Source of the DNA: Methanothrix sp.
GTDB taxonomy: Archaea > Halobacteriota > Methanosarcinia > Methanotrichales > Methanotrichaceae
Assembly (NCBI GenBank): GCA_041305505.1
Contig: JBFYLF010000001.1
Span: 1-34,476 of the forward strand
Reading direction: 5' to 3'
DNA length: 34,476 nt
Below are positions 25,648-34,476 of the stretch, in pieces. The first letter of the stretch is position 1. Each line of letters starts with the position of its first letter. Position numbers and translations under genes: made by a program. The notes under the pieces are model-generated. The model searched no databases, was not told the origin of the DNA, and saw only the letters and a program-made list of their open reading frames with translations.

Positions 25648-28600
25648 TCAATCGGTACTGTGTTCCGGCAAACAATATCTGCAGCCGTTGAAGCCCCGCT
25701 TCAGCGCCAGCGCGAGGTCGTCATATGGCACCTTGTTCCGTGGAGCTATCTTACGTGCCCATACACAGTCTGACCGGTGGATTTCCAGGCTGCTTGTGTT
25801 GCGATTGGCGATGTAGGCCGGAGTGCCGACGGTCCTCGCGAGCAAGGTCACCCGGGACCGGGGCTTCCCGTTGACTTTCTGGTCGACAAAGACGGTATAC
25901 AGCTCCCCGGGCACGGCATCCTCCGGCAGGCCCACTTCCAGCCGGACGAGGGTATTTTCCCCAGGTCGCATCTTGATGTTCCGGATGTCGGCGGTACCAT
26001 CCGATGTAACCTCCTGCTTGCAGACCAGGCCCCCGTCTGACTGCCAGACTTTATTCAGGTTCGATAACGACGCATCGGCAAGCCAGCGGCTCGGCATCTT
26101 CAGGGTCACTTTCCCGCCGACAGGCAGCTCGGTCCGGTCGATATGAAGATCGGCCATCACTGAGGCCCCGACCTCCCCAGCCACGTAGAAATCCATGCCT
26201 GTCTCGGTATTTGGCAGGACATCATTCACCTTCACATTCTTCCATGCCAGGTTATCGTCCCACCCGACTCCGTCTAGATCCTCCTGAAGGAGCGGGTCCT
26301 CGGCTTGCGTCACAGATGCGAAAAGGCAGAAGTGCCCCGAGTCGTGCGTGTTGACATCAGGGGCAGGGGGCTGCCATTCGAAAGCCGGTGTCAGTACCTC
26401 ACCCTCGCTCGCTGCGGTGCGGCCTGGGACGGTGACCTGCTGGCTGTTTGTCTCCACCCCCCCGACCTTGATGCCGTCGGTGTGCCAGAACGGCTTCGTG
26501 AGGTTCGTGCCAGGGTTAGCCCAGTAGAGCTTAACCGTGGCATTGTTCGCCGTTTTGGGCCCGCGGTTATGGATCCGTACAAAGACATAATTCGTCTGCC
26601 CGTGTTCAGGATTCAAAGCCGGCTGTGCCAGGGGATCGTTGTCAAGGCATATCTGGATATCAGGCGAAAGGTAGAGTGTCCCAACAGACGGGGGAACACC
26701 CGTATCCGCCATGTTGTCCTTGATATAGACTGCCACGAAATCAAGGCCACCGCTGACCACGACGGCAAAATCCTGGCGCTGCCCGACCGATGCCAGCGTG
26801 GGTACGTTGATGCCGCTGACACGGACCGTGTAGTTGCCCACCTGAGGTGTGTCGATTACCACCTGCTGGACATTGTTGTTGGCCGGGTTGCCCTGGGTCA
26901 CCGTGCCGTTCGGCGCTATCACAGAAAGGCGCAGCTGGTTGACGAGTCCCCCGCCGACCGCAGGGTTGCTCGGGAAGTCCGTCCAGGCAAGCGTCACCCG
27001 GAAGGGGGCCGTGGTGTTGACGACCGGGAACGTGTAATTGCGCTGTTCGCCTGTGCCGACGGCATCGCCAGGGATATCGTGGAACTCCCACGTGGCAGGA
27101 TACTCGGGGAAGAGGGAATTGCGCAGGTTCACTCGCCCCCATCCCTGGCTGTTGTCCGGTACTGCGCCCACTTCTGGGGGTGTATACTGCCCGGTGATGA
27201 GGACGGCGCCGTGGATCAGGATGGCCTTCTGGAGCGCCCCGCTCGGGCTCGCGTGAAGACATACCCGCTGCAGGTACTGCCGGATGAGGGCCACGGTGCC
27301 GGCGGTGAGCGGGGTGGACATGCTCGTTCCGCCGCTCCAGCAGTACAGGTCGTGCAATGGGTCCGCCGCGGGCAGGTCGCCCCACAGGGGGACGCCTGTG
27401 ACCAGGGAAGAGCGTGTCGAAAGGATATTCGTGCCTGGCGCCACGACATCCGGCTTGGTTCGCCCGTCATCTGTCGGGCCGCGGCTGCTGAAAGCAGCCA
27501 TCCCCTCCGGGTCGTCTGAGACATGGTCATTGTTGATTGGATTCGAAGGATAATCTGCTGACCAGGCTGTACCCCACGTCATATCAAGTCCCGGTGCCGG
27601 TACGGCTCCATGCGGCCGGTTCCCTTCAGTGGCGCCGACCGTGATGCAGTTTTTGGCACAAGCTTGCGGGGCGACGGAATCGGTGTCGATGACCCCGTTG
27701 CTATTCGCGTCTATGCCGTTGTTGGCCGCGGAGAACAGGATGATCGAGTCCTTGTGGTTCCACATGAACTCATCGATATCCTGGGAGCCGGCATTATATT
27801 GTCCATACAAGGCACGGCTTGGATCATACGTATTCCAGCTGTTGGTATGGATCCTTGCACCGTCATTGTATGCCTGAAGGAACAAGGTATTGTAATCTGC
27901 CGGGATAACCAGGCCGCCGGTATTCTTCCTTTGCGTCGCTTGAAATACCAGCCGTGCGGCAGGAGCCATACCACGAATAGTCCCGCTGGACCTGCTCCCG
28001 TTCCCCAGCACTGAACCGGCGACATGCGTTCCATGGCCGTAGCCACGTTCAGGATACATGGATGCGTTCCCTGAATCGTCGGCACCGTCTCCTGCAAGGT
28101 CGTAGATGTTGATTATCCGTCCTTCGAAATCGTCATGCATCGTCGCATCATTGACGCCGGTATCAAGACCGGTATCGGCAACCGATACGATCTGGCCTTC
28201 GCCATCGAGGGCATGGTGGTCCCATACCTCCTGGACACCGATAATCTGGGCGGAGACGTTGTTGCTCAGCTTCAGAACTCCATGGGGTTCTATCCACTTG
28301 ACCTCGGCCATCCTTGCGATGCCGGATGCTGCGGCAAGGTCGAGCGATGCGACGATGGTATCACCTTCGCTCGCGACGATGCTGCCGCCGGCCTTCTCTA
28401 TCGCTTTTGCGACCTTCTGCCGGTCGGGGGGAGCATGGACGAGGACCGTTAGGTTCCCTTCAGGGATCGATGCATAGGAATCTTCCCTGATGGCGAGGGT
28501 GGCAAGCTCGTCTCCTTTTGCCTTCTTCTTCCGGCCCATCAGCAGGGGGCTGACCTTGTACGCGGGCTCGTACAGCCCGACCCAATTGACGAACGGAAGC

Positions 28601-29037
28601 CCGCGCACCTTCTCTGCAACGTCGACGGTCATGCGTGCCAGGAACGCATTTTCCGGGACATACTCACCCAGCGTGACGCCGAGCGAGGCGAGCCCATCTC
28701 CCCATTCGGGTTTTACCGGTCCGACCATCTGGATGAGCCAGTAGCCGCTTTTTTTGTCGGTCGGCCGTTCTGCCGCGTTCAGGGTCAGTGCAGCAGGCAC
28801 TTTCGGCGCATGCTCCAGAGTATCGAACTGCACCGCCCTTAGCTTAATCAATGTGGCTTCTTTCTGCACTTCTACCTGGTACCCTTCTTTTTTCAGGGCT
28901 TTTTGCTGTGATTCGTCTGCTTCAACCAGCAATCCGTTGGCGTACTCTGCAAGAATCCGGCCGCTGCTCTTCTCTACCGCTTTGCGCTCTTTCTTTTCGC
29001 CCTTTTCGATAAAAACCATCACTCTTTTGCTGCTCAT
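25648..29037 (-). CDS. S8 subtilisin-like serine protease (Kp43-like) with C-terminal beta domains and an Ada-type metal-binding domain
   Basis: Triad VADTGLD, GHGTHVAG and GGTSMSTP; KPDVVAPG; C-terminal YIAN...IHRSDC...GFNGCRYC. ATG 29037 follows GGGAG. Confidence 0.92.
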   Translation of the reverse strand: MSSKRVMVFIEKGEKKERKAVEKSSGRILAEYANGLLVEADESQQKALKKEGYQVEVQKEATLIKLRAVQFDTLEHAPKVPAALTLNAAERPTDKKSGYWLIQMVGPVKPEWGDGLASLGVTLGEYVPENAFLARMTVDVAEKVRGLPFVNWVGLYEPAYKVSPLLMGRKKKAKGDELATLAIREDSYASIPEGNLTVLVHAPPDRQKVAKAIEKAGGSIVASEGDTIVASLDLAAASGIARMAEVKWIEPHGVLKLSNNVSAQIIGVQEVWDHHALDGEGQIVSVADTGLDTGVNDATMHDDFEGRIINIYDLAGDGADDSGNASMYPERGYGHGTHVAGSVLGNGSRSSGTIRGMAPAARLVFQATQRKNTGGLVIPADYNTLFLQAYNDGARIHTNSWNTYDPSRALYGQYNAGSQDIDEFMWNHKDSIILFSAANNGIDANSNGVIDTDSVAPQACAKNCITVGATEGNRPHGAVPAPGLDMTWGTAWSADYPSNPINNDHVSDDPEGMAAFSSRGPTDDGRTKPDVVAPGTNILSTRSSLVTGVPLWGDLPAADPLHDLYCWSGGTSMSTPLTAGTVALIRQYLQRVCLHASPSGALQKAILIHGAVLITGQYTPPEVGAVPDNSQGWGRVNLRNSLFPEYPATWEFHDIPGDAVGTGEQRNYTFPVVNTTAPFRVTLAWTDFPSNPAVGGGLVNQLRLSVIAPNGTVTQGNPANNNVQQVVIDTPQVGNYTVRVSGINVPTLASVGQRQDFAVVVSGGLDFVAVYIKDNMADTGVPPSVGTLYLSPDIQICLDNDPLAQPALNPEHGQTNYVFVRIHNRGPKTANNATVKLYWANPGTNLTKPFWHTDGIKVGGVETNSQQVTVPGRTAASEGEVLTPAFEWQPPAPDVNTHDSGHFCLFASVTQAEDPLLQEDLDGVGWDDNLAWKNVKVNDVLPNTETGMDFYVAGEVGASVMADLHIDRTELPVGGKVTLKMPSRWLADASLSNLNKVWQSDGGLVCKQEVTSDGTADIRNIKMRPGENTLVRLEVGLPEDAVPGELYTVFVDQKVNGKPRSRVTLLARTVGTPAYIANRNTSSLEIHRSDCVWARKIAPRNKVPYDDLALALKRGFNGCRYCLPEHSTD

Positions 29038-29529
29038 GCTATCGCTCCCTCGTTTCATCTTTATTGTCAGGGGGCTATCCAACCCGGCAGGAGAATGTAG
29101 CCCTCAACCAGGAGATTGTCGCTCGTCGGGGAGGGGGGCGGAGATGATAAATTTAGTTTTATCTGTGGATGCCAGTCATCAGGTTCATCGATCTTTTTAC
29201 CATACGTAATGGTGGAAAGAGTTCAGATGAGATCGGATTATCTCTGGGGGAAGACAGCTACCCTTTGCTTGACTTTTGCAAGCAATAATCATGCTGAATA
29301 TGATATATAAATTTTGGTATACGTTCACTTTTGAGTCCTGAACTTATTTTACCTCACGTATAAAGAGGGCATAATAATCCAGCCAGATCCAAATGGTCAG
29401 ATCCCGCTCATCGGGCATCTGGCCCATCCTGGCTGCGGAGCAGACTATGTGTTGTTGATGGTGGTTATAAACTACTAAGCTCTATACCGGTATTTTGTTC
29501 CAAGTTGCTTGCATCCGGGTGCGTCGCCG

Positions 29530-30129
29530 CCGTTTGACGAGGCCCTCTGCAACGGCTGCGGCGAGTGCATCACAGACTGCACCGAGGGTGCCATTGAACT
29601 GCACGGCGGCAAGGCCAGGGTTGTGAGCGACAGCTTCTGCGACGGCCTCGGGGCCTGCCTCGCAGTCTGCCCTCAGGGAGCCCTCAGCATAAAGGAGCGT
29701 GAGGCTGAGCAGTTCGACGAGACTGCCGCAAAGGAGCACCTGAAAGCCGCCGGACCGGCGGGAAAGGCCGGATTGGAACCGCATCCGGGCCCATAAGAGT
29801 ACGCCGCTGATGCCAGCCCCTGCACCGCCCCCATCTCCATGAAGCGAGAGGGCAAGATGGAGAAGATGGAAAAGAAGGGCGAGATCGGGGAGAATGATCT
29901 GTGCGGCTGCCCGAAGCTTGATGAGACCGGGCCGTTTGTCGAGAAGCTGGCCGAGATCCTCAGGCAAAATGAGATCAAGGACATCTCTGTTCTGCATATG
30001 ACAGTTCCCTGCTGCTCCCAGCTTCTGGGACTGGTGACAGAGGCGGTCCGCCGCTCGGGAAAAGATGTGCCTGTGGAGAGCCATGTGGTTGGAGTCGAGG
30101 GAAAACTGGTCGCGGCTGACGAGAGATAG
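29530..30129 (+). pseudogene. 4Fe-4S ferredoxin-domain protein, disrupted
   Basis: CNGCGEC..DC, CDGLGACLAVCP and C-terminal GCPKLD...MTVPCC in the same frame; in-frame TAA at 29794-29796; start and middle segment appear to be missing. Confidence 0.8.
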
Positions 30130-30162
30130 ATTTAAGCCACTTCAGGAAGAAATACGAGCACC

Positions 30163-31266
30163 ATGGAACTTCGCCGCCCATTTGATCTGGCAGCAGGAGC
30201 TCTGGTCCTCATAGTCTTTCTGGCCACCGTCTACCTGACAAAGGATTTTCTGAACACAATCCTGCTGAGCATTGTGCTCGTGTTTCTTCTGAGGCCCCTT
30301 TATGCAGTCTTCTTCCGTCTTACAAAACACGGCCAGATATCATCCTTCTTCTCGATATTGATAGTCTTCGTCTTCACCCTGGCCATTCTTCTAGGCATCA
30401 CAACTGTGCTGGTTGTGGAGATATCAAACCTCGAGAGATCCGGCGCACTGTCCCGCTCCCATTTTGCCTCTGTCACCAGCGATATGGATATCCTGGCCCA
30501 AAGCTCCCTTCCGAGCTGGCTTTATAATTATGTCAGCGATATAATCATGAAGTATGTCCAGGAGATCAGCGATATACCTGTGGCGATAGCCACCTGGCTC
30601 TTTCCAATAGTAAGAAATGAGCTGGCCTCATTTGCATCAGATCTGCCTGTCCTCTTCGCCCAGTTGATCGTAGTGGTCTTCTTCACCTACTACATCTTGA
30701 TAGACGGCAACGATTTCATAGACCGTGCCCTGGACCTGCTTCCAGAACAGAAACGCGGGATTGCTCGAACGTTCCTGGCAGAGCTGAACAGCATCTACAC
30801 AACTCTATTCACTGTCTACTTCACCACATCCATGCTCAGCGGCGTCCTGGCGGCAATTGGCTTTTCAATGCTCGGAGTGCCTTATCCCTTCGTGCTCGGA
30901 GCAGTGGTTGGAATATTCACGCTCGTGCCAATGCTCGGGCCGCCTTTCGTCTTCATTCCCCTCGCCATCTACTATCTGCTTTCAGGGAATATGATTTACT
31001 TCCTGATAATCGTGGCCTTCGGAACAGTTGCCCTGATGGTCATACCTGAGAATGTGATCAGGCCCCACCTTGCCATGAAGAGCGCAAGGATTCACCCGAT
31101 AGTGACTCTTCTCGCATACACGGCGCCGATATTCGTCGTGGGGATTATGGGCGTTATCATTGGACCCACCCTCTACGGCTTTCTGCTTGCAGCTTACAGG
31201 GTGGCGGCCATGAGAGAGGAGGGCCTGAAGATACCACAAAGTCCTGAGGATACTGAAGAGTCCTGA
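30163..31266 (+). CDS. AI-2E family transporter
   Basis: Multi-TM protein with LLRPLY, FFTYYILIDG, LVPMLGP, ENVIRP and IMGVIIGP. Confidence 0.9.
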   Translation: MELRRPFDLAAGALVLIVFLATVYLTKDFLNTILLSIVLVFLLRPLYAVFFRLTKHGQISSFFSILIVFVFTLAILLGITTVLVVEISNLERSGALSRSHFASVTSDMDILAQSSLPSWLYNYVSDIIMKYVQEISDIPVAIATWLFPIVRNELASFASDLPVLFAQLIVVVFFTYYILIDGNDFIDRALDLLPEQKRGIARTFLAELNSIYTTLFTVYFTTSMLSGVLAAIGFSMLGVPYPFVLGAVVGIFTLVPMLGPPFVFIPLAIYYLLSGNMIYFLIIVAFGTVALMVIPENVIRPHLAMKSARIHPIVTLLAYTAPIFVVGIMGVIIGPTLYGFLLAAYRVAAMREEGLKIPQSPEDTEES

Positions 31267-31296
31267 GGACACTGTAGAGTCCTGACGATACGGAAA
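31240..31296. repeat. Three degenerate 19-bp tandem repeats spanning the transporter stop codon
   Basis: AGTCCTGAGGATACTGAAG / AGTCCTGAGGACACTGTAG / AGTCCTGACGATACGGAAA. Confidence 0.9.
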
Positions 31297-31351
31297 GGTT
31301 TATCTCTTTTTATAAGGCACTACTTTAGTTCAGTTTTACGGAGCTTTAAAG

Positions 31352-32644
31352 ATGGGTGCAGAGAACGGCTGTGAGAGATCGGGCGCTATTGAGGTTACTG
31401 AGCTACTTTTAACCGCAGACATTTATAATCGAAAAGAGAACCTTAGCGAGGATGACCTGCCCCCCAATATTCGCAAGCACTACTTCGATATGCAGACGAA
31501 GAGCGTGAAAAGGCCGATTTATGTTACCAGCGGCGATGTCGAGAAGATCTACGGGATAGGAAACGTCAAATCGGTCATAAAGGATCTGAGCTTTGTTGCC
31601 TTTGAGGAGTTCGGCTCCCAGCTCCATCTGACGGTCTTCGATGTGGCCGCCAGGTGGTTTGCCAATCAGAAGGATCTCTCCAGGATCAGATCCAATCCCA
31701 CCCTGGCTTACTTCTTCGAGAACTATGACTCCCTTGATGTGAGCTACGAAAAGGCACGGGAAGAGAACAAGCCCCTCTCAGCCGATAGGGAGTGGATCGA
31801 CGCCCGGATAAGGGAACTGTGCAAGGATGCCAAGGAGGCAGAGGATCTTCTTAAGCTCGCTTATATCAAGGCCCCGGAGGATGTTAGGGACAGCATATCG
31901 GGCCTGGTGCTTAATGACGAGCAGAAGGCTGAGATCGAAAAGATGGGCAGGGCAATTAAGAACCGGAAATACCTGGAGGAGATAGGCCTTTATGAGATAG
32001 GAAAGCTCCTCTTCGTGGGGCCCCCTGGAACGGGAAAGACTTCCACAGCAAGGGCTTTATCCAAATGGTTCTCGCTGCCGATAGTTGAGGTGCGGCTCTC
32101 AATGATCACAAGCCAGTATCTTGGCGAGACATCCAAGAACATCGATAAGGTCTTCGAGCTGGCCAAGAGGCTCTCACCCTGCATCTTTCTAATAGATGAG
32201 TTCGACTTTGTGGCCAAGACCAGGACATCGGATGAGCATGGAGCCATGAAGAGGGCGGTCAACTCGCTTCTCAAAGCCATAGATGAGATCAGCCTGGTCG
32301 AGCACGGCGTCTTGCTCCTGGCCGCAACCAATCACCCCCAGCTTCTCGATTATGCCGCCTGGCGAAGGTTTGACAAGGTATTGACCTTCCCCCTGCCCGA
32401 TCTTGCCATGAGGCGGATGATACTTGATAAAGTCCTATCCAGAATAGACGCCAGGGTGGATACTGCAAAGCTGGCTGAGATGACTGAGGGCTACTCAGGA
32501 TCGGACCTGCGGCTGGTGATAAGAGAGGCGGTGCTTAATGCCCTCCTGGAAGACCGCAAGAAGCTCGAACAGGAGGATCTGGAGAGGTCGGTGGGAGAGT
32601 TTCGGCAAAGGATCTCGGACTACAAGAGGAGCGTGGCAGGATAG
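31352..32644 (+). CDS. AAA+ ATPase (classical clade, single AAA module)
   Basis: Walker A GPPGTGKT, pore loop SQYLGET, Walker B FLIDEFD and second region of homology ATNHPQLLDYAAWRRFD. Confidence 0.93.
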   Translation: MGAENGCERSGAIEVTELLLTADIYNRKENLSEDDLPPNIRKHYFDMQTKSVKRPIYVTSGDVEKIYGIGNVKSVIKDLSFVAFEEFGSQLHLTVFDVAARWFANQKDLSRIRSNPTLAYFFENYDSLDVSYEKAREENKPLSADREWIDARIRELCKDAKEAEDLLKLAYIKAPEDVRDSISGLVLNDEQKAEIEKMGRAIKNRKYLEEIGLYEIGKLLFVGPPGTGKTSTARALSKWFSLPIVEVRLSMITSQYLGETSKNIDKVFELAKRLSPCIFLIDEFDFVAKTRTSDEHGAMKRAVNSLLKAIDEISLVEHGVLLLAATNHPQLLDYAAWRRFDKVLTFPLPDLAMRRMILDKVLSRIDARVDTAKLAEMTEGYSGSDLRLVIREAVLNALLEDRKKLEQEDLERSVGEFRQRISDYKRSVAG

Positions 32645-33388
32645 ATGAAGATCACACTCCTTGGGACTGGAGACGCCATAGGCACGCCCAAGATCGGATG
32701 CAAGTGCCCCGCCTGCATGGATGCCCTTCGTGGGGGGCGCAGCCGGAGAATGAGATTTTCGGTTCTGATCGAGTCCGATGAAGAGGACGGGCGGGTGCTG
32801 GTGGACAGCAGCCCTGACCTGCGCTGGCAGCTCCTGAAAAAGGACATAGCCAGCGTTGATGGCGTGATCTGGACTCATGCCCATTACGATCATTATGCCG
32901 GCTTCGGGGATTTTCACAGGGTCCAGAGCCATGTGGATGTCTATGCACTCAAGGGCACCATGGACTATATCCTCAACTACCTCTATTTCCTCTCCCCAGT
33001 TCGGCATGATGTCCTGGCTTATGAGCCCTTTGAAATTGCTGGAATGCAGTTCACGCTCCTTCCCGTCAACCATCCGCCGCTTGAAACGGTTGGGGTTAGA
33101 ATTGACGACGGCAGGAAGGCAGTCGTGATCACGAGCGACACCAAGATGGAGATTCCAGAGAGAAGCCTGGAAATGATGAAGGATGCCGATCTGATGCTGG
33201 CCGATGCTATCACGCCGCCTGGCTACACCATAAGCAAGCACATGACTGCAGACGAGGCCATTTTGCTTGGGGAGCGGCTCGGGGCCAAGAGGCTTCTGCT
33301 GACCCACTTAAGCCATCTTTATCCGCCTCATGAGATGGCTCTGAAGAAGTGGCCTTTGGGGCATGACATGATGGAGATAGTGCTATAA
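32645..33388 (+). CDS. Metallo-beta-lactamase hydrolase, PhnP-like
   Basis: LLGTGDAIGTPKIGCKCPAC, THAHYDH and THLSH; abuts the ATPase stop (TAG ATG). Confidence 0.9.
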   Translation: MKITLLGTGDAIGTPKIGCKCPACMDALRGGRSRRMRFSVLIESDEEDGRVLVDSSPDLRWQLLKKDIASVDGVIWTHAHYDHYAGFGDFHRVQSHVDVYALKGTMDYILNYLYFLSPVRHDVLAYEPFEIAGMQFTLLPVNHPPLETVGVRIDDGRKAVVITSDTKMEIPERSLEMMKDADLMLADAITPPGYTISKHMTADEAILLGERLGAKRLLLTHLSHLYPPHEMALKKWPLGHDMMEIVL

Positions 33389-33440
33389 AATTAGCCTGCA
33401 GCCTCGAATACAGCCATGATTCTGGATGGTGTGAAGTTCT

Positions 33441-34375
33441 GTGAAATCTGCAATTGCCTTTGTCCTTCTCTTCTCATTGCTTATGACCGGATTTGCCGAT
33501 GGAATAGAAGGTCCATCTGCGACAGACATGCCCTGGCTGCTCCAAAGTCGGCTGAGCAGTCGGTGCAAAGCCTTGCAGTATATCTGATTGAGCCAGCAAG
33601 AAACGACCGCGAGAAGGCGAGGGCCATATTCAGGTGGATCTGCGAGAACATAGATTACGACCTGGAATCTTATTTTACCGGAAGAATCGGCTCGACGAAC
33701 TCAACTGATGTCCTGAGAAGCAGAAGCTCCGTCTGCTCCGGCTATTCGGATCTCTTCTCATCCCTGGCAAGGGAGGCAGGACTTGAGGCGGTCAAGATCG
33801 CAGGATACGGCAAGGGATACAGCTACCGTCCGGGGGAGAACTTCACAGGGCCCTATAATCATGCATGGAATGCTGTCAAGATCAACGGCTCCTGGTATCT
33901 CCTCGATGCAACCTGGGGGGCTGGCTATCTGGGAAGCGGCGGATATGTCCGCTGGTTTGATGATCACTATTTCATGACGGCGCCATCCCAGTTCATCTTC
34001 GACCACCTGCCCGATGATGAACGCTGGCAGCTTCTCGATCGGCCAATATCAAAAGAGGAGTACGAGAGGCTGGTCTATGTTGAGTCGGACTTTTTCAGTC
34101 TTGGGCTTGAGCTTGGGGAGAGGAACGGGAGCATTGACGCAGGAGGAGAGGTCAATGTATCTGTTTATGCCCCGGAGGATGTCGTTATGATGGCGAGGCT
34201 TGAGTCGGATTCTGGAGCGCTGGAAGGCAGGACATTCTGCCAGAGTGATGGGGAGAGATATGACATTTGGGCCCGGTTTCCGGAGGCTGGAAGATACACT
34301 CTCAAGGCATTCGCCAAGCGAAAGGACGATCCAGGGAACTACAACTCAGTCCTTCAGTACGTAATCAATGCCTAA
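33441..34375 (+). CDS. Transglutaminase-like (KY/CYK3-type) protein with its signal peptide in a different frame
   Basis: Triad VCSGYS, NHAWNAV and LDATWG; KARAIFRWI; frameshift near 33520. Confidence 0.8.
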
Positions 34376-34476
34376 TCCGGAGACGACAGAGGATTTCCTG
34401 CTACATTCGGCAGGTTCGGCGAGGTCGGAGCATACCTCTTCAGCCCACTGAATGGCAGCCTGATCCCGCTGGTGGA

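Noticed and set aside
26305-27519. 404-aa plus-strand ORF
   Set aside because: Antisense shadow of the GC-rich S8 protease, with no recognisable motifs.
31240-31296. Possible mini-CRISPR array
   Set aside because: The units are contiguous with no spacers, and no cas genes are present.
25648-32644. S8 protease plus AAA ATPase as an IetAS-type toxin-antitoxin pair
   Set aside because: The genes are divergent, separated by other genes, and the ATPase is coupled to the PhnP-like gene.

Overview
This is archaeal methanogen DNA, probably Methanothrix/Methanosaeta-like; that assignment is inferred from the split gltB genes, a PGF-CTERM remnant, and TATA/BRE-type promoters. The window opens with modB (partial)/modA, a beta-CASP metallo-beta-lactamase, a DOMON-ferritin-like lipoprotein and iscU. 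A decayed defence island follows (~5.3-12.6 kb). In it, intact accessory genes (DUF3800 with a convergent structured RNA, a Schlafen/AlbA_2-HATPase protein, MazF and VapC toxin-antitoxin (TA) pairs) are separated by repeated fragments of restriction-modification (R-M) genes. Next come a CxxC-x17-CxxC protein, a DEAD-box helicase and a flavodoxin-fold oxidoreductase. A nitrogen-assimilation cluster follows: glnA, then gltB1-gltB2-gltB3 running directly into an FdhF-like molybdoenzyme and two Fe-S proteins, with no gltD. The window ends with a large signal-less S8 protease carrying an Ada-type Zn finger, a ferredoxin pseudogene, an AI-2E transporter, an AAA ATPase-PhnP-like pair and a frameshifted transglutaminase-like gene. 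The best candidates for novelty are the formate dehydrogenase-glutamate synthase operon, the DUF3800 protein with its antisense RNA, and the cassette array spaced by R-M fragments. All family calls come from motif recognition by eye; no searches were run.
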